Part shown: in pieces, positions 1 to 13,800 of the stretch
Layout of the letters: every line of letters starts with the position of its first letter
Position numbering within the stretch: position 1 is the first letter of the stretch
Origin: Prorocentrum cordatum
Lineage: Eukaryota
DNA length: 64,000 bases
NCBI GenBank assembly: GCA_963575745.1
Contig: CAUYUJ010000114.1
Location: 62,001 to 126,000, forward strand
Reading direction: 5' to 3'
Position numbers and translations under genes: made by a program
Notes under the pieces: model-generated
Databases searched by the model: none
Seen by the model: only the letters and a program-made list of their open reading frames with translations
Told to the model about the DNA's origin: nothing

Positions 1-100
1 AGGGCGGGGGCGGTGTCCAGCTCGCAGCTCGACGCCCCCCGCTTCGAGCTTCGACGCTTCGACCCCTAGAGTTGCAATTAGACGTTTGTTGTCATCTGTA

Positions 101-126
101 ATATATATATATATATATATATATAT
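101..126. repeat. (AT)n microsatellite
   Basis: Direct read of the atatat run. Confidence 0.95.
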
Positions 127-224
127 CATCTATAAGCAGTAATTCGCTTATCGCCTATACACTATACAACGTGGTTTTGTCAAATAGGGCGGGGGTGGGT
201 CGTGGAATATCTATTATCAAATGT

Positions 225-1914
225 CTAGCGGCTAGCGAGGGGCGAGGGACGAGGGACGAGGGATGTGTATTGTCGTATTTCGGAAGGGCTGATTCGACGC
301 CCGACTCCCGACTCCTCCTGCTTGCTCTGAAGATTGGTGACCAGTGGCGTAGCAGCATCGATCTTGGAATTGATATCGTTCATCTCGCCGAGGAGCTTGT
401 CGACGCTGTCCAAGGCGCCGCTAGCGCCAGTGATCAACTCCTCCGAGCCCGACGTGAGGATCTTAATCTTATCAGGTCCTAGAGCGATGTTCATCTTCTT
501 CTTGAGTGAAGTCATGTTGGTCGTCGTGACTCCGTGGACCATCTGCTCGTCTTCGAGCCTATGGATCACGCCCTGGCACTCCAACAAGGCTGCCTTTGCG
601 AACTGCTCGGCGCCCGCTCGTTTCTTGCGGTCGCCGCTGCTGCCTCCGCCACCACCGCCACCCGAGCCGCCGCCTGCGCCGCCTGCGCTGCCTCCTGCGC
701 CTCCGCGGCCTCCTCCGCCGCCGCCGTTGCCGCGGCGGTTGCCGCCGCCGCCGCCGTCGCCCATCGCCATCACCGCCGGCGCTGTTCGAGCTCTTGCCAC
801 CTTTAGACTTGACGATGGGTCCGAAGAGAGCGTCGTAGGGGTCATAGTCCTTGTCGTCGCTGTCGGCGCCGGCCTTCCTCTTCTTCGCGTCGGGCAGCTT
901 GACCTTCACGTAGTTGCCATCCGCATCGCCCGCCGCTTTAGTCGCGTCGTTGCCCTTGGTTATGGTTGGCTTCAACTTGGCCGCTACCTTCTTGAAGGCC
1001 GCGTCAGCGTCGTTCGCCGGGAGCTCGTTGTGCACGGTGACTTCAGCGCCAGATATCGAGCTCAGCTCAATGCACCCAGCAATGAACGGGATCGTTGATG
1101 AGAGTGCGATTCCTGGAAGGAGCGCCCGAACACAGTACACAAGTACACAGTGAGCGCGAGGAGCAGAGAACCGCTCCTCTCTCTCGAATCTCGAATCTCG
1201 AACGAAGAACGAATAATGAAGAACAAAGAATGCTGACGGGTGAAGGGTGAAGGGCGAAGGGTGAAGGGGCGAGAGGATGAGAGTTGAGAGTCCAAAGTCT
1301 AGTGGCAACTGGCAACTGGCAGCTGTCGACTGTCGAACGAGTAGGAGCAGGGAGGAGAGAGGAGGGGAGACAGGAGACAAGAGACAAAGGAAGGGGCGGG
1401 GGAGATGGGAGATGGGGCGAGGATCGAGGAGTCGAGGGGGAGGGATGGCGTTACGAGTTCATTGTCCAGTGTCCAGTCCTGTGAGGTCGGTGTTACCATG
1501 CCTGTGCTGCGTGCTGAAAGACGCAGGCAACTTCTTGCTGAAGTGTTCCTCGTAGATCGCCTTCGGCCAGCATGCCCCGCACTTCATCTTGCCCACCAGC
1601 TTGAGAGTCTCCGTGGCTCCAACAGTCTTCCTCGACTTCTTCGCGCGCCGCTTCCCAGAATGATCGGCGGCGTCAAATTCCTCCTGCTCCTGTCTGAACC
1701 GCTTCTGTCTCTCTGGTCCATCCCTCTCGATGTCCTTCTCAAGCTGCTTCCTCTCATCCTTATCAGCGTAGTTCCACTGGAGGTAGCTCGTGCACTGCCG
1801 ACACTGACAGCCCTCTCCGCCGCGAGTCCAGGTTACCTCCAAGCTGGAACGCCCGCACCACTTGCAGAACTTCTCCCTGTTGGAACCCTCGCTCCCCGAG
1901 TTGGATACGGGCAT
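225..1914 (-). CDS. Unknown protein with N-terminal CxxC..CxxC zinc-binding motif; at least 2 exons, frameshifted near 760
   Basis: Exon 1 is 1914-1479 (MPVSNS..FCKWCG..CQCRQCTSY..NTDLT). A GA..AG intron at 1478-1113 joins it in phase (aca g|ga atc) to exon 2 (GIALSSTIPF..). The frame switches near 760 into the Gly-rich, helical part of ORF 225..845. The 3' end is uncertain. Confidence 0.6.
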
Positions 1915-3015
1915 CGCTGGAGCCCGGCAGCCCGTGGACGTAGGATCCCAGATGAGTTGTGAGTAGGGCAAGCACAGCAACCTGCACAAAACAAACTCCT
2001 GCCAAACCAAGCGGCTCGAATGGTGGCGGCGGCCAGGAGTAGCACTAGCAACTAGCAGTGGGCAGTGACAAAACAAAGGGGTATACCGAGCAGACCTGAC
2101 CCCCCCACCCGCCGTGGGACTTGGGACCTCGGAAGGAGGGGGTCGAGCGGGGGAGAGGAGAGAGGAGAGGGGGAGGAGGAAGAGGGGGAAGGAGGAAGGA
2201 GGAGGGAGGAGGACGGAGGACCAGAAGGAGGAGAACAGCGGAGGAGGCGGAGGGAGGATAACGCACCCAGTGAACGAAGCCCGTCGACCGTCGATACATG
2301 CACCACGCGCGCTCTTGCATGCCAGGCGCCGCGGAGCCCCTAGCCCAGCGCCCAGCGCCCAGCTGTGGACGGCGGGCGGCCAGCGCGAGATGCTCGATGC
2401 TCGATGCTCGATGCTCGATGCTCTGACGCCTGACGCCGTGCGCTCTGAGCTCTGAACTCTGAAGTCTGACGTCTGACAACGCGCACAGGTCTGCTCGGCT
2501 TGAAGAGGGCAACGGGCAAAGGGCAACGGGCAACGCGCAACGCTGCATCAGGCATCAGGCATCCGTGCCTCAGCTAGCTACAGTCGGCAACTCGCCTAAA
2601 ATGTGAAACCTGAACTGTGAACTGTGAACTCGTCACTCGTCAGCTCGACTGTCGACGGCTCTCGGCCCTCGGCACCCGCAACCCGAAACCCGCATGCCGC
2701 ATGCCGCGTTAATATATTCGCTCTTCGCTCGATCCTCTTTCCCCTAGCTTATCTATAAATGATATATACTATGTCCCATTTCCTATCTCCTATCCCCCTA
2801 TCTCTCTCAATCACTTTCTCTCATGTATTGCTGTCTTGCGTATTGCTCTCGCCTCTCGCTCACACTCCTCCCTCCTCCCTCCTCGCTCCTCCTGGAGAAA
2901 TCTAAAGGCCTCCAGCCCCTGGCAATGGGCGCCCCGCCTCATAGGTTGAGTGTCGCAGCTGAACCTGGTCCGTCACCCGTCACCGTCGTCCTGGATCGCC
3001 CCGGGTGCTCCATCG

Positions 3016-3821
3016 TCACTCGTCACTCTCGTCGCTGTCGCCGTAGCCCACGCCCATGAGATTGTAACCGACAGCCATGGCCCGTTGTGCGTCAGCGTTC
3101 TGCGGCATGGCACGAATGCGCAAGCGCATCTCGCCGAGGAACACGCTCAACACCACCTGCGCGACCGTGCAGGCGGATGAGTCGAATGCATTGCCGGCCA
3201 TGTTCTTCAAAAACGAAGAACTGAACTCCATCATACGACCGGCGACCTCGCTCGCCCGCGGCTGCGGCCCGAGCAATTCACCGACGAGGGAACCCATCAT
3301 CATCAGATGTTCCACTCCATGGGCAAGCCTGCCCATATGAGCTAGATAAACCAAGCTCTTCTCGGTGAGGCACGCCGAACCATGCTTGATGAGCTCGCGG
3401 GAGCGACCGAAGGACATGTTGACATCTACGGTGCTCGGCTCATCCTCTGGCAATGACAAGTTGAGTCTCTCCAGCATGTCGAGCTGCCTGGCGGCCAACG
3501 CCTTCAAACCTGGATATCGCGCGGCCGCGCCCTCCTCCCGGAACGGCGAGGGCTGCCACCAAACAGAACCAGCCTTATTATTCCACACGGCGTGTCTGCC
3601 AGGCCATAAAGGGGCGGCCTCCTTCTTCTGTTTCTTCCGCGGCGGCTCAGCCGTCGCTGAGGAATTCACGTAGTCCTCTAGGCTGGCGTGTCTCTCCGGG
3701 AGAAGGAACTCGTCCAAGGGGGCCGCAGGGTGGTGGGACAGGCGGGCCAACACGGCCAGCGCCTTCGCCGCGAACTCCTCCTGCGAGACGCCAGCGGCCT
3801 CGAGCAAATCGTTCTTGACAC
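3016..3821 (-). CDS. DNMT exon 4 (target-recognition region, motifs IX-X)
   Basis: Acceptor ttctaag|gt gtc aag aac gat. ORF 3016..3807 contains DVNMSFGR, SACLTEKS, GVEHLMMMG and MAGNAF. Confidence 0.85.
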
Positions 3822-6800
3822 CTTAGAACCCCCGCCAATCGCAAATCGGGGCGCGGGGCGCAGAGAGGGGAAAGGGAGAAGGTAGGGGAGATGGGGGGCG
3901 ATGACAGAGAACAGAGACGAGAGAGGGGGGGCGGGGATGGGGATGGAAGAGGCGAGAGACAAGAGGAAGGAGGAAAGGGACGGGGAGGAGGGGAGAGAGC
4001 AAGGGAAAAGGGGAAGGAGCAGGGGGGGGATGTGAGAGGGAGGGGAGGAGGGAGGGGGGGAGGGGGGGGGGAAGAAGCGGGGGAAAAGGTGAATGTGGGA
4101 GAAGGGAAAAGAGGACAAAGGTGGGGGGGAAATACGTAAGATGGGGGAGGGAGGAAGGATGAGGGACGAGGGAGAAGGAATCAGGGCCCACGGCGTCGCA
4201 ATATTCCATTGGTTGGGGCTTGCTTGCGCCATCGGTTGCGCCCTCGTCCGCCGAGAATCAAACAAGCTCTTATTGCTTGCGCCATAGGTTGCGCCCTGGG
4301 GCGCCGAGAATAAAACGGGCCCCTAACATATGCGACCAGTTCAGTCCAGTCCAGTCCAGTTCAGCTTACTACGCGAAAAACAAATTCGGGCTACGCCCGA
4401 CAACAATCAAAACTAAGCTCGGCGACATGTTTAGTTTTTGTTTTCTGTGCGCGCACCTACGCAGATGCATACGTGCATATTGCGTATGGCAAATATGCAC
4501 ATAGCGAACACGCGGCCCGACGCCCGAACAAATAACCAATTGCAGGGCCCGGCTCCCGACTCCGTGCAATTGAGAAAAACAGAAAACAGAGATGCCCTTA
4601 TCCCCTCCCACCTCCCACCTCCTTAACGGTTGCGCGCAGAGAGAAGTTCGGATCCCGGGGCCCGAGGCAGTGCGAAGCACGGGACATGGGGCGCGCGACA
4701 TCGCGGGGGCGCACTCGCGCGCCCCCGCGCTTCACGCGCGGCACAACGCGCAACCCCATACCCCATGCCCCCATCGCGCGCGCGGGGGGGGGGGCGTTAG
4801 CGCGCGGCGCGCGGCCCCCTCTCCCCGCGCGCGGATGCTTCCCCCCGTGGGGCCGCGAAACGTTTGGGGCATGGGGAATGGGCGGGGGCACGGGGGATGA
4901 GGAGTGGGAAATGGGAAATGAGGATGAGGAGTGGGGAGCGGGGAATGGGCGGGGCGAAATCATTTCATGTGGATGCAGACGCACCCGCTGGGGGCTGGGG
5001 CCTTAGGCCTTAGGCTTTAGACCTTAGATTCTGAATTGAGCTCCCAACGGGGTCGCGAAGCGCGAAGCGTGGGAGGGGCGCGCCGAAAACCGAGGCGGGG
5101 GGCGGCGCGCGGGCGCGCGGGCGCAGCCGCTCGGGCTTCAGGCTCTAGCCAGGCGATGCGACGGGGGCCCCCGCCCCCCCTTAGGATGTCGGTCGTTTGA
5201 CTGTTTGACTTGTTTCTTGTTCGGTGGTCGGGGGTCTGGGATCTGGGGGCCGAGGTCCGAGGTCCGAGGGGATTGCATAATGGATAATCAGCGGTCTCCA
5301 CTGCGGCTGGGGGCTGGGGAGGGGGGATGGGGGGAGGGGCGAGGAGCTCAAACGCCGCGGCCTCGACGCCTTGACCTCGTTGACATTGTCAACCTGGTGG
5401 ACGGGCTGGCCGCGCTCCACCGCGCGCCGCGTTCTTCAATCAACGCGCTGCAGGCTGCAGCTTGGATGGCGTTGTTGTCGGCTCGGCCGGCCTCCTTCAG
5501 GGGCGCCGCGCAACCCTCCAGCACCATCCTGCGGCAACCCGAGTAGTTAGCGTCGGGGCCGAAAATGCGCGCTGCCAGGGGCAACGGGCAACAGCCCGGC
5601 GCCCCCACCAGCCGCGCGGCTCAAATGGGGCCGCCCTGGGGGCCGGGAGCGGCATGTGGACGCAGCCGCTGGAAGCTGGAAGCTGGACCTCGCGCCTTTT
5701 GCTGCGGCCAGCGGCCAGCGGCCAGCGGCCGGCGGCGACGCGCGCGAGGCTCTCATCTTTGACGCGCACGAAACGCGCGCTTCGAGCTCATAGCCCGACG
5801 GCCCACGGCCTGCGGCTTGCGGCATGCATCTCCACCTCCGAAGCGCCGTCTTCGTCCATGGGCCCACGTTACCCAAGATGTGGGATGTGGGATGCGGCCT
5901 TCGCGCGCCTCTCCGTCCGCAATGCCATCCTCGGACGCGCCTGCGCGCGCGGCGTGCATCGCAAGAGGCAGGCGTCCATCCTAGAACTCGCGACAAGAGG
6001 CAAGAGACAAGACCGGGTAATATTTGAGAGCCCCCACGATGCGCTTCGCACGCTCGGGCGAGGGTGCAGCGACCCGCCGCGTGGCCGATGCGGGCACTTG
6101 GCGAAATGCAGGTAGGACGTAGGACGTAGGACGCGAGCTCGGGCTTGCTCTGCCTTGTCCGCTATCGCCTCAAGTCGCTCAAGGGGCATGAAGCTTCCCT
6201 TGCCATCGTGCGCAGTCAGCTGCGGCGCGATTCGGTCGGCCGTCAATTGCCCGAGACAAAAGACAGGCCAGCCGCCGGCGCGGCGAAGGCATCCGCATAC
6301 TGCAACAAAGCAGTGTCCACCATGTCCTTCGCCATCTTGCCCAACGAGTTTTTACTTTCGTCGCTCTCTGCGGCGTTCCGCCTAACGTGGGCGACCTGTC
6401 AATCCGATTGACCTCTGCTACGCGGCCACGTGCGCGGCGCAAGGCTTGATCGCCGTCATCGTACGCATCAACGGATGCCGCGTGCTCTAAGAGCTGTGCT
6501 ATCACGTGCTCACGCCCGCGCCGCGCAGCGATATGGTGCGCAGAGCGCAGTGCCCCCCGCGGCGCCTGCTGAATGCTGAAGTCAACAGTCAACAGTCAAC
6601 AAGACATTCAAGCCACTCTTCGCGACTGGCGCAAGCGCGCCCACGGCTTACGGCTTGCAGCTTGCAGCTTGCGCAAGCCGAACCTGGTGCCTTGGTGCAC
6701 CATCGCCAGTCACCTAATTTCAGTCCATGTGCATCTGCATCGCCTCCACCTCGATCCTCGGCCCCCATCCCCCATCCGCCATCCGCCGCTGCTGCTCGCG

Positions 6801-7784
6801 CCTCGCGCCCTCTGCGCGCGCGCGGGCCAGCGCCCCCGGCCGCCGGCCACCGCTGCTTCCGCGAAATCGCGGCAGCTGGTCGCCAGAGAAAGTTTACGCG
6901 CCCTCTGCGACTCCTTGCGCGCACGTCCCACAAGGGGCAAGGGGTTCACCTGACCTCGCCGTTCCCATGACGGGGCGGTAGCCCGTGGGTCCGCGCAAGG
7001 ATGGGGGGCTCGCCAATGTTGGCAAGGCCGCGGTCAGAGGGTTTAACCTCTCTGGCCGAGCGCCGAGCGCCGATGGGCCATGGGGCGGCAAGTCGCAAGC
7101 GGCAACCACGCCGCGGGCGCTACATGCCCGGCCGCCGCGAAAACTTGCGGATCTGGGATCTGGCGCCGCGCGCCGCAGCCGCCGCGCGGCGCCCGGCGCC
7201 CCATGATGCGGGGCGCCCGCGAGGGCATTGTTGGGACAGGAGAAAGGAGAAAAGAGAAAGGACGACGACGAGGAACGAGGACCCATCACTTGCCGCTCGC
7301 GGCTCGCGCAGGCACGCGCGCCACGGCGGCAACCGCGCCTAAAGAAAAAAGAAAGGAAGTGGGGCAAGGCACAGGGCAAGGAGGGCGGGGGGCGCGAGGG
7401 ACATAAAATCAACAATCAACAACGAAACGTGTTTCTGGCGCGTCGCGCGTCGCGTTGGCCCGTTGACCGTTTCTGGTTTACGTGCATGCTGCGTGCCATG
7501 CGATGGCAAGCAACGCGCAAATCGCGGCGTACGCGTGTCCCGATGAAGGTTGTAAAAGTTGCGCGCGGCACGCGGTGCGCGCACGCGCCGTGTGAAGCAA
7601 ATGAGGGCAAGCGCAGCGCGTGGAAGTTAAGAACTTTCATGTTCAAGTAGTCGAAATCAAAAACATGCGTTCTATAGTCTATAATACAATCAACAATCAA
7701 ATTCATGTTACATTGCCACAGTGCCAGCCGAAAAGTTCGATAATCTGACGACTGGTTGTGGAGTGGGAAGATGTGCTCCAACAT

Positions 7785-7819
<35 letters not shown>

Positions 7820-10800
7820 CTCCTCATTCTCTCCTCTCTCGTAATCGACGCCGCGGACAAGCGGGTTGTCGACCTGCCTTGGATGCCTTCAGCCTTCAGG
7901 CGAGCTTGAGGCCGGCGCCGCGACAAGACACCAATGCGTCACACACACGCAAGCACACCTTTTCCACGCCTCCGCGGGGACACCTCCAGCGCGCAGCGCG
8001 TCCAACATAGTCCACAGCTCGCAGCCCACAAACGACGCATACCACATACACGCAACACGCAACCCACACGCACGCACACGCGCGCACCTCGCACCTCGCA
8101 CCTCGCACCTGTCACTTGTTTCCACCGCGGCGCGGCGAACGCGCTGTCGTGACACGTGACAGGCAACTAGAGACACGCGCACCGCGCACACACGCCCGCG
8201 CACCGCGCGCAAGCGCACTCTCTTTTTCATCCTCCAACGCCCAACGCGAGGACGACTCCAGCGGGTGCGCTATGAATCGGGATTCGGGATGCGAAACATA
8301 AATTGAATATTGAATTGCAACACACACGCACACATGCACGCACACACGCACGCACGTCACGCGTCTTCTGCGCACTCAACCTATTTCCCTACCGCCTAGA
8401 GCCTATAGCCTAGAGCCTAGAGTCATCCAATGCCGCCTAGAGTCATCTGTCATCCAATGCCAGGCGGAGCATGCGCCGACAAACGCATCCAATGCCGCCG
8501 AACGCCAAATGCAAATTTGCGAACCAATCTGGAATCTGGTCTCAGGCTGGCTCAGGTCATAGGTATTTGGCATTGGGGCTTGGTCTGAAATCTTAGGTGC
8601 ATGCGCGGGGAGAGCCAGAGGGTTCCAGGTTCCAGCGGAAGGAGGAAGGACCTAGGACCTACCACCTACGAGAAACGAAGCATGTAACATGGAACACTGA
8701 GCCTCATTTCAACATCTTAACGGGGTTGATACTCCTTCTGGGGGTCGGCGGAATGGCGCGAGCCACATGAACCATTGATCGCAAATCGCACTGGGGTTAC
8801 TCCTTACTCCTGAGCCCTGAGCTTGCTACGCTGCACTTTGCGACACCTGGGCCCTGGGGGGGGAGGGGGGAGAGGAGAGAGGGGAGGGGGGAGGAGGGAG
8901 GAAAGAAAGCGGAAGGAGGAGTGGGGAGTTGGGTGAAAAGGGAAAGGGGAGAGAAGGGAGGTGGAAGGAGGAAGGAGGAAGGAGGGCAAGAGGTAGGAGG
9001 TAGGAGGTAGGGAGCAGGGAGGTAGGGGGTAGGAGAGGGGAGAGGGGAGAGGGGAGAGGGGATTGGATACTGGATGGGGGGGGGGGGTCGGCAGGAGGCG
9101 GGAGGTGGGAGGTGGCAGGGGAGGAGAGGGGAATGCATTGCCTCCAACGGGGCGATCGGGCGATCGGGATCGTCGTCGTCGCGAGTCGTGAGTCATGAGT
9201 CTTTAGGTGCCGGGCGTCGGCACGACAACGGGCAAGTGCTTTGGAGCTTGGAGCTCGGCAAGGTCAGCTGTCAGCTCTCAGCTCCCTGCCCCTGACTCCC
9301 TGCTCCCTACGGGCTATGGGCCACGGGCTATGGGCTATGGGGCCACGGGCCACGAAGCGTTTGAGGTGCGTGCCGATTGCCGATATGGAATATGGAATAT
9401 GGAGATATAGACGGTCTGGGGTCCGGGGCCTGGGGCCTGGGGGCCTGGGGGGTGCGGGGATGCATGCGAACGGCGAACGGTGCCACCAGCAGGGGGCTCA
9501 GAGTTTTGTTTCGTGTGTATCTGCAGATTCCGAGTGCGGGGTGTGGAGTGTGGGGCGTGGGACTGGGGAACGGGGAAGGGGGGCTTGGGGCTTGCCCAGC
9601 ACCCAGCACCCAGCAGTGACGTGGCATGTGGCAGAGGGCAGAGGGCATGAGGAGATCGGAGATCAGGAGGTGAGAGGCGAGAGGTGAGAGGTGACGTGAG
9701 AGGTGAGACGCGAGAGGTGGAAGGTGGAGGGTGGGGGGTGGATGATCAAGAAGCAGGGATCAACCAAGCTTGGTTAGGGTAAGCGCCAAGGCCCAAGGCG
9801 CCCAGGCTGATGACTGCTGACTGCTGACTGTTTCCTGGTTTCTGATTCCAGCTTCCTGCTCCCTGCTCGTCGGGATTCGGGATGATGGCGGGAGGCGGCC
9901 TCTGCCCGGCGTTGCGGGCGGCGGCCTATCTCCCATCTGTCACCTTTCACCTTTGACCATTGTGTAGGCCGTAGGCGGTAGGCGTGCCAGAGGCCAGAGG
10001 CGAGATGCCAGATCAGATGTCATAATGCCAGAATCGGGATTCCTAAGCTAGTCTTGGCCTCTTGGCCAGGGCCATCCTGGCCCAGGATCGGAGCGCGCGC
10101 CTTGATTGGCCAGGGCATGGGGCATGGGGCATGGGGCATAGGGCAAGGGGCATGGAGTAAGGAATCGGAAGGCGGAGGGCGGAGGAGGATGCAGGAACTG
10201 GGGGGCGGAGGGAAAAGGGAGAGCGGGAGAGGGAGAAGGGGACATGGAAGTGGCAAAGAGCAAGGAGCAAGGATGGCGCCCACGCTGATCCCGGGCGCAG
10301 TGTGGCCGCGGCCTGGAAGCACTGAGCACTGCTGGGCAAAGATGGGACCTTCACCATCCATCACGAAGCGCCCTTGCCTGCTATCCGCCACCGTGCTCCC
10401 CTGGCACGCGGCACGCTGAGGCGTGGTACGTAACGCGTAACGAGGGGGCCGACGCCCAACGTGGCCCAATATGGCATATGGCCCCAGACGCCCAGACCCC
10501 AGACCGCGCCAGATGGAAGCTGGAAGCTGGAACAATATGGCTTCCTACCCCCGATCCCCTATACCCGTGGGCCGTGGGCCCGAGAGGGCCTCGGATGGAA
10601 GATGGAAGATGGACCCACGACCTAAGACCTAAGACCTACGACCCGCGATGTCATCGAGCATCGAGCATCGAGGCAGCCCCCCGAGATGCCGAGATGCCGA
10701 GAGGCGAGAGGCCAAGACAATCCAAAAAAGCCCCAGAATCCCACGGCAGGGGGAAGGGCCCCACAACGGCCGACGGCGCGAAAGGGACGCACGACGCACG

Positions 10801-13800
10801 ATAACCCCAGGAAAACAGAAAGCGGAGAGCCGCAGGCAGTGTATTTGAAAGGGTGCGCAGACCTGTGCAAGCGCGCAGGACCACTGATCACTTAGAGTCT
10901 AGAGAACAGAGAACAGAGAACTGCGTCCTCGCAAATTATGCGAGAGGGGGCAGGGGGCTGTAATGCCATGCCCCACTCGCTCCACTAGCTCGCTAGCTGC
11001 TAGCTCGCTGCTCACTTCCAAAGCCCCTGATCGTATTCTCACACACGCGCACCTTCCAGTCCAGGTCCGAGAGCCTACCCGAAGTCTCAGTAGTCTGCTG
11101 GTTCACCTGCGTCATCTGCCGATCTATCTGGTCCATGCGGTTGGTGATGGTCTGCATCTCATTAGTATTATGCCGGCTCACCTGCGTCATCTCCTGACCC
11201 AGCTGGTCCATGCGGTTGGTGGTGGCCTGCATCTGCTGCTCCGTATTGGCCAAAGCCAAGGTGGTGGCCAAGGCAGATGCTCTGTCACCTGCTCCGTCAC
11301 CTGCTGCTGCACCTGCTGCTCCGTCACCTGCTGCTGCACCTGCTGCTCCGGCACCTGCTGCCGCACCTGCTGATCCGCTCGATCCGCCCGATGCCGCGGC
11401 TGCCTCCAGTGCTTGCCCGCGTGCCTCGGAGGCCTGCAGGCGATCATTTGCATCCCTAAGCTGCCTCTGGAGCTGTTCTGAGCATCCCTCAGCCGCCTGG
11501 AGACGATCCTCCATTGCCTTCATGCGCTGGTCCCAGCCCGCTAGATGCCGCACGAAGAATTGCTCCAATGGCTCCTGCAAGCGAGTCGTCATGCCCATCA
11601 CGCGCTGGTCCGTCTCCAGCAGCTGATCCTGCACTTGCCGCAATTGATCCGATAGTTGGTCCTGGATGCGCTGGACCTCGCGCTCGGCCTCCTGCAAGTT
11701 GGTCTCCGCGCTGGACATCGTCGTCTCCACGTCCTGCAGATGGGTCCCCGCGCGGGTAGCCGTCGCCTCCGCGCGCTGCAACGTGCCCTCCGCCTCCTGC
11801 ACCTGATTCGCCAGGCTATCGCGAACCTCCTGCGCCCGCTGCAGAGTCTGCAGAGTGGTGTCCACAGTCTTGCGAAATGCAGCCGCCTCGTTCGCCTGGG
11901 CCTGCGACCACGCTGGCCAAGACTGACCTGCACCATCACTTGGAGCAGCTGCTGCCTGAGTGGGCTGCCCGCGGAGCTGCCTGTCATCACCAGCTGCTGC
12001 CGCAACGCCTGCACCTGGCGGAGCTCCTGGTGGCGGACTTGGCCGAGGCGGAGGAACTGGTGCCGCTCCCGCTGCGGCTCCCGCTGCCGCTGCCGCTGCC
12101 GCTGCCGCGTGCCGGACGCCGCCCCACGAGGCTGGGCGCGGGGGCCGCTGTGGGTTCGAGATCACAGCATCCTCTTGGCCAGATTCTTTCAACCACGCCA
12201 TCAAGAGTGCATCAACACTGCTCAGGTGCTTCTCCGACATCAGGTGGGTGTCCCAGTCCGCGTGTTCCCCGCGATTGCAGCAGTACGCGTTGCAAAGTTC
12301 GCAATGAAAACATTGCCACTCAGGTACATACTTGAGGTAGTTGACGGGCTCCATAGTCGACTCCCAGACCTGCGGCGCGATCATGGCTGTCGTCGGCGTA
12401 GCCCTGCGAGACATGTCTGCAGGCTGCGCCCGCCGCCCGCACTATGAGAAGGCAGTTCGCTGTTCGCTAGCCGCTAGCTGCTAGCTGAATGCTGAATGTC
12501 GACAGCTGAAAAGTCGATGCTCAATGCTCGACTGGATGTCGAGCGTCGAGCCAAAACGACTGCGGCCATCGGCCATCTCGCGTTTCGCGCTGGCACTTTG
12601 CATGGGGGCTTCTTGGAAGCCTTCTAGGGGGCCGGGGGCCTGCTGAAAGCGCCGAGCGTCGAAGTTCGTGTGCCCCCATCCCCCATCTTGGATCTTGGGG
12701 TCCTGGATCCTGGATCCTGGGCCCAACGCTCTCTGATCTCTGACCCAGTCCGCGACGCGCGGTTACCTTCGCGCCCCGCGCCCCTGGGGCGCGACCGGCG
12801 ACCTAACATCTTGCAGTGACCAATTGCCCTCGCACCTCGCACCCCCCCCCCCTCCCCCCCGAGCCCCGAGGGGTGATGGGGGGGAGAGATGCGAGATGAG
12901 GAATGAGAGGGGAAGGAGAGGGGAGAGGGAAGATGGGAGGGAGAGGGAGGAGGGAGGAGGGAGGTGGAGAGTGCGACTGCATACTGCATACTGCATGATG
13001 CATGATGCACGAGGGATTGGGGCTTGGGGCTTGGGGCGGTTGGAAGAACGAGTGAAGAATGAAGAATGCAGGATGCAGGATGCAGAATGGGATGCGGGAT
13101 GCGGCATGGACAGCGGGTTGGCATGGGAGATGAGAGATGGGAGATGGGAGGGAAGAGGGAAGGGAAGAGGGATGAGAGGGAAGAGGGGAAGGGGGACGGG
13201 GCCGAGGGTCGAGATGGGGGATTGGGGATGGGGGGAGGGGGAGGGAGAATGAGCGGTGGGAGGTGGGAGGGGTGGAGGGTGGAGGGTGGAGGGAGAAGAG
13301 AGGAGAGAGGAGAGAGGAGAGGGGAGAGGGGGGAGGAGGGAGGGAGGAGTGGGAGAAGAGAGGAGAGAGGAGAGAGGAGAGGGGAGAGGGGGGAGGAGGG
13401 AGGGAGGAGTGGGAGGAGGGAGGAGGGAGGAGAGGGGCGAGCGGGAGTTGACGGTAGACGGTAGACGGTAGACGAGCAGGTCTCGGGCCTCGAGGTGACA
13501 GATCACAGATCCCTGTCAGATGTCAGATGTCAGATGTACGACGTAGGACGCAGGACCCAGGAACCCAGGACTCAGGATCTCAGGATGGCTGATGGCTGAG
13601 AAGGAGACACAAAATGTAAAGGCGTGTTCGCGAACAGGGGAAGCCAAAATGCCTGGGATCCAGCTGCAAGGTGACCGAGGCAAAACCGGCCTCTGTGCTG
13701 AGGCGGTACACCGCCACGTCCAGGTTGGAGGGCCCCATGATGGTGTACTTCCCCCCCGCCGACATGTGCCTCGGCGGGGTCTTCGCGGTCTCGACATTCT

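Noticed and set aside
5347..5608. Kinesin-like fragment (RIFGPDA..AAPL)
   Set aside because: Similarity is too weak and there is no P-loop.
8690..10470. Small stutter-poor patches that might be additional exons or genes in DNMT intron 3
   Set aside because: No domain recognised, and the DNMT exon 3-4 junction is already complete without them.
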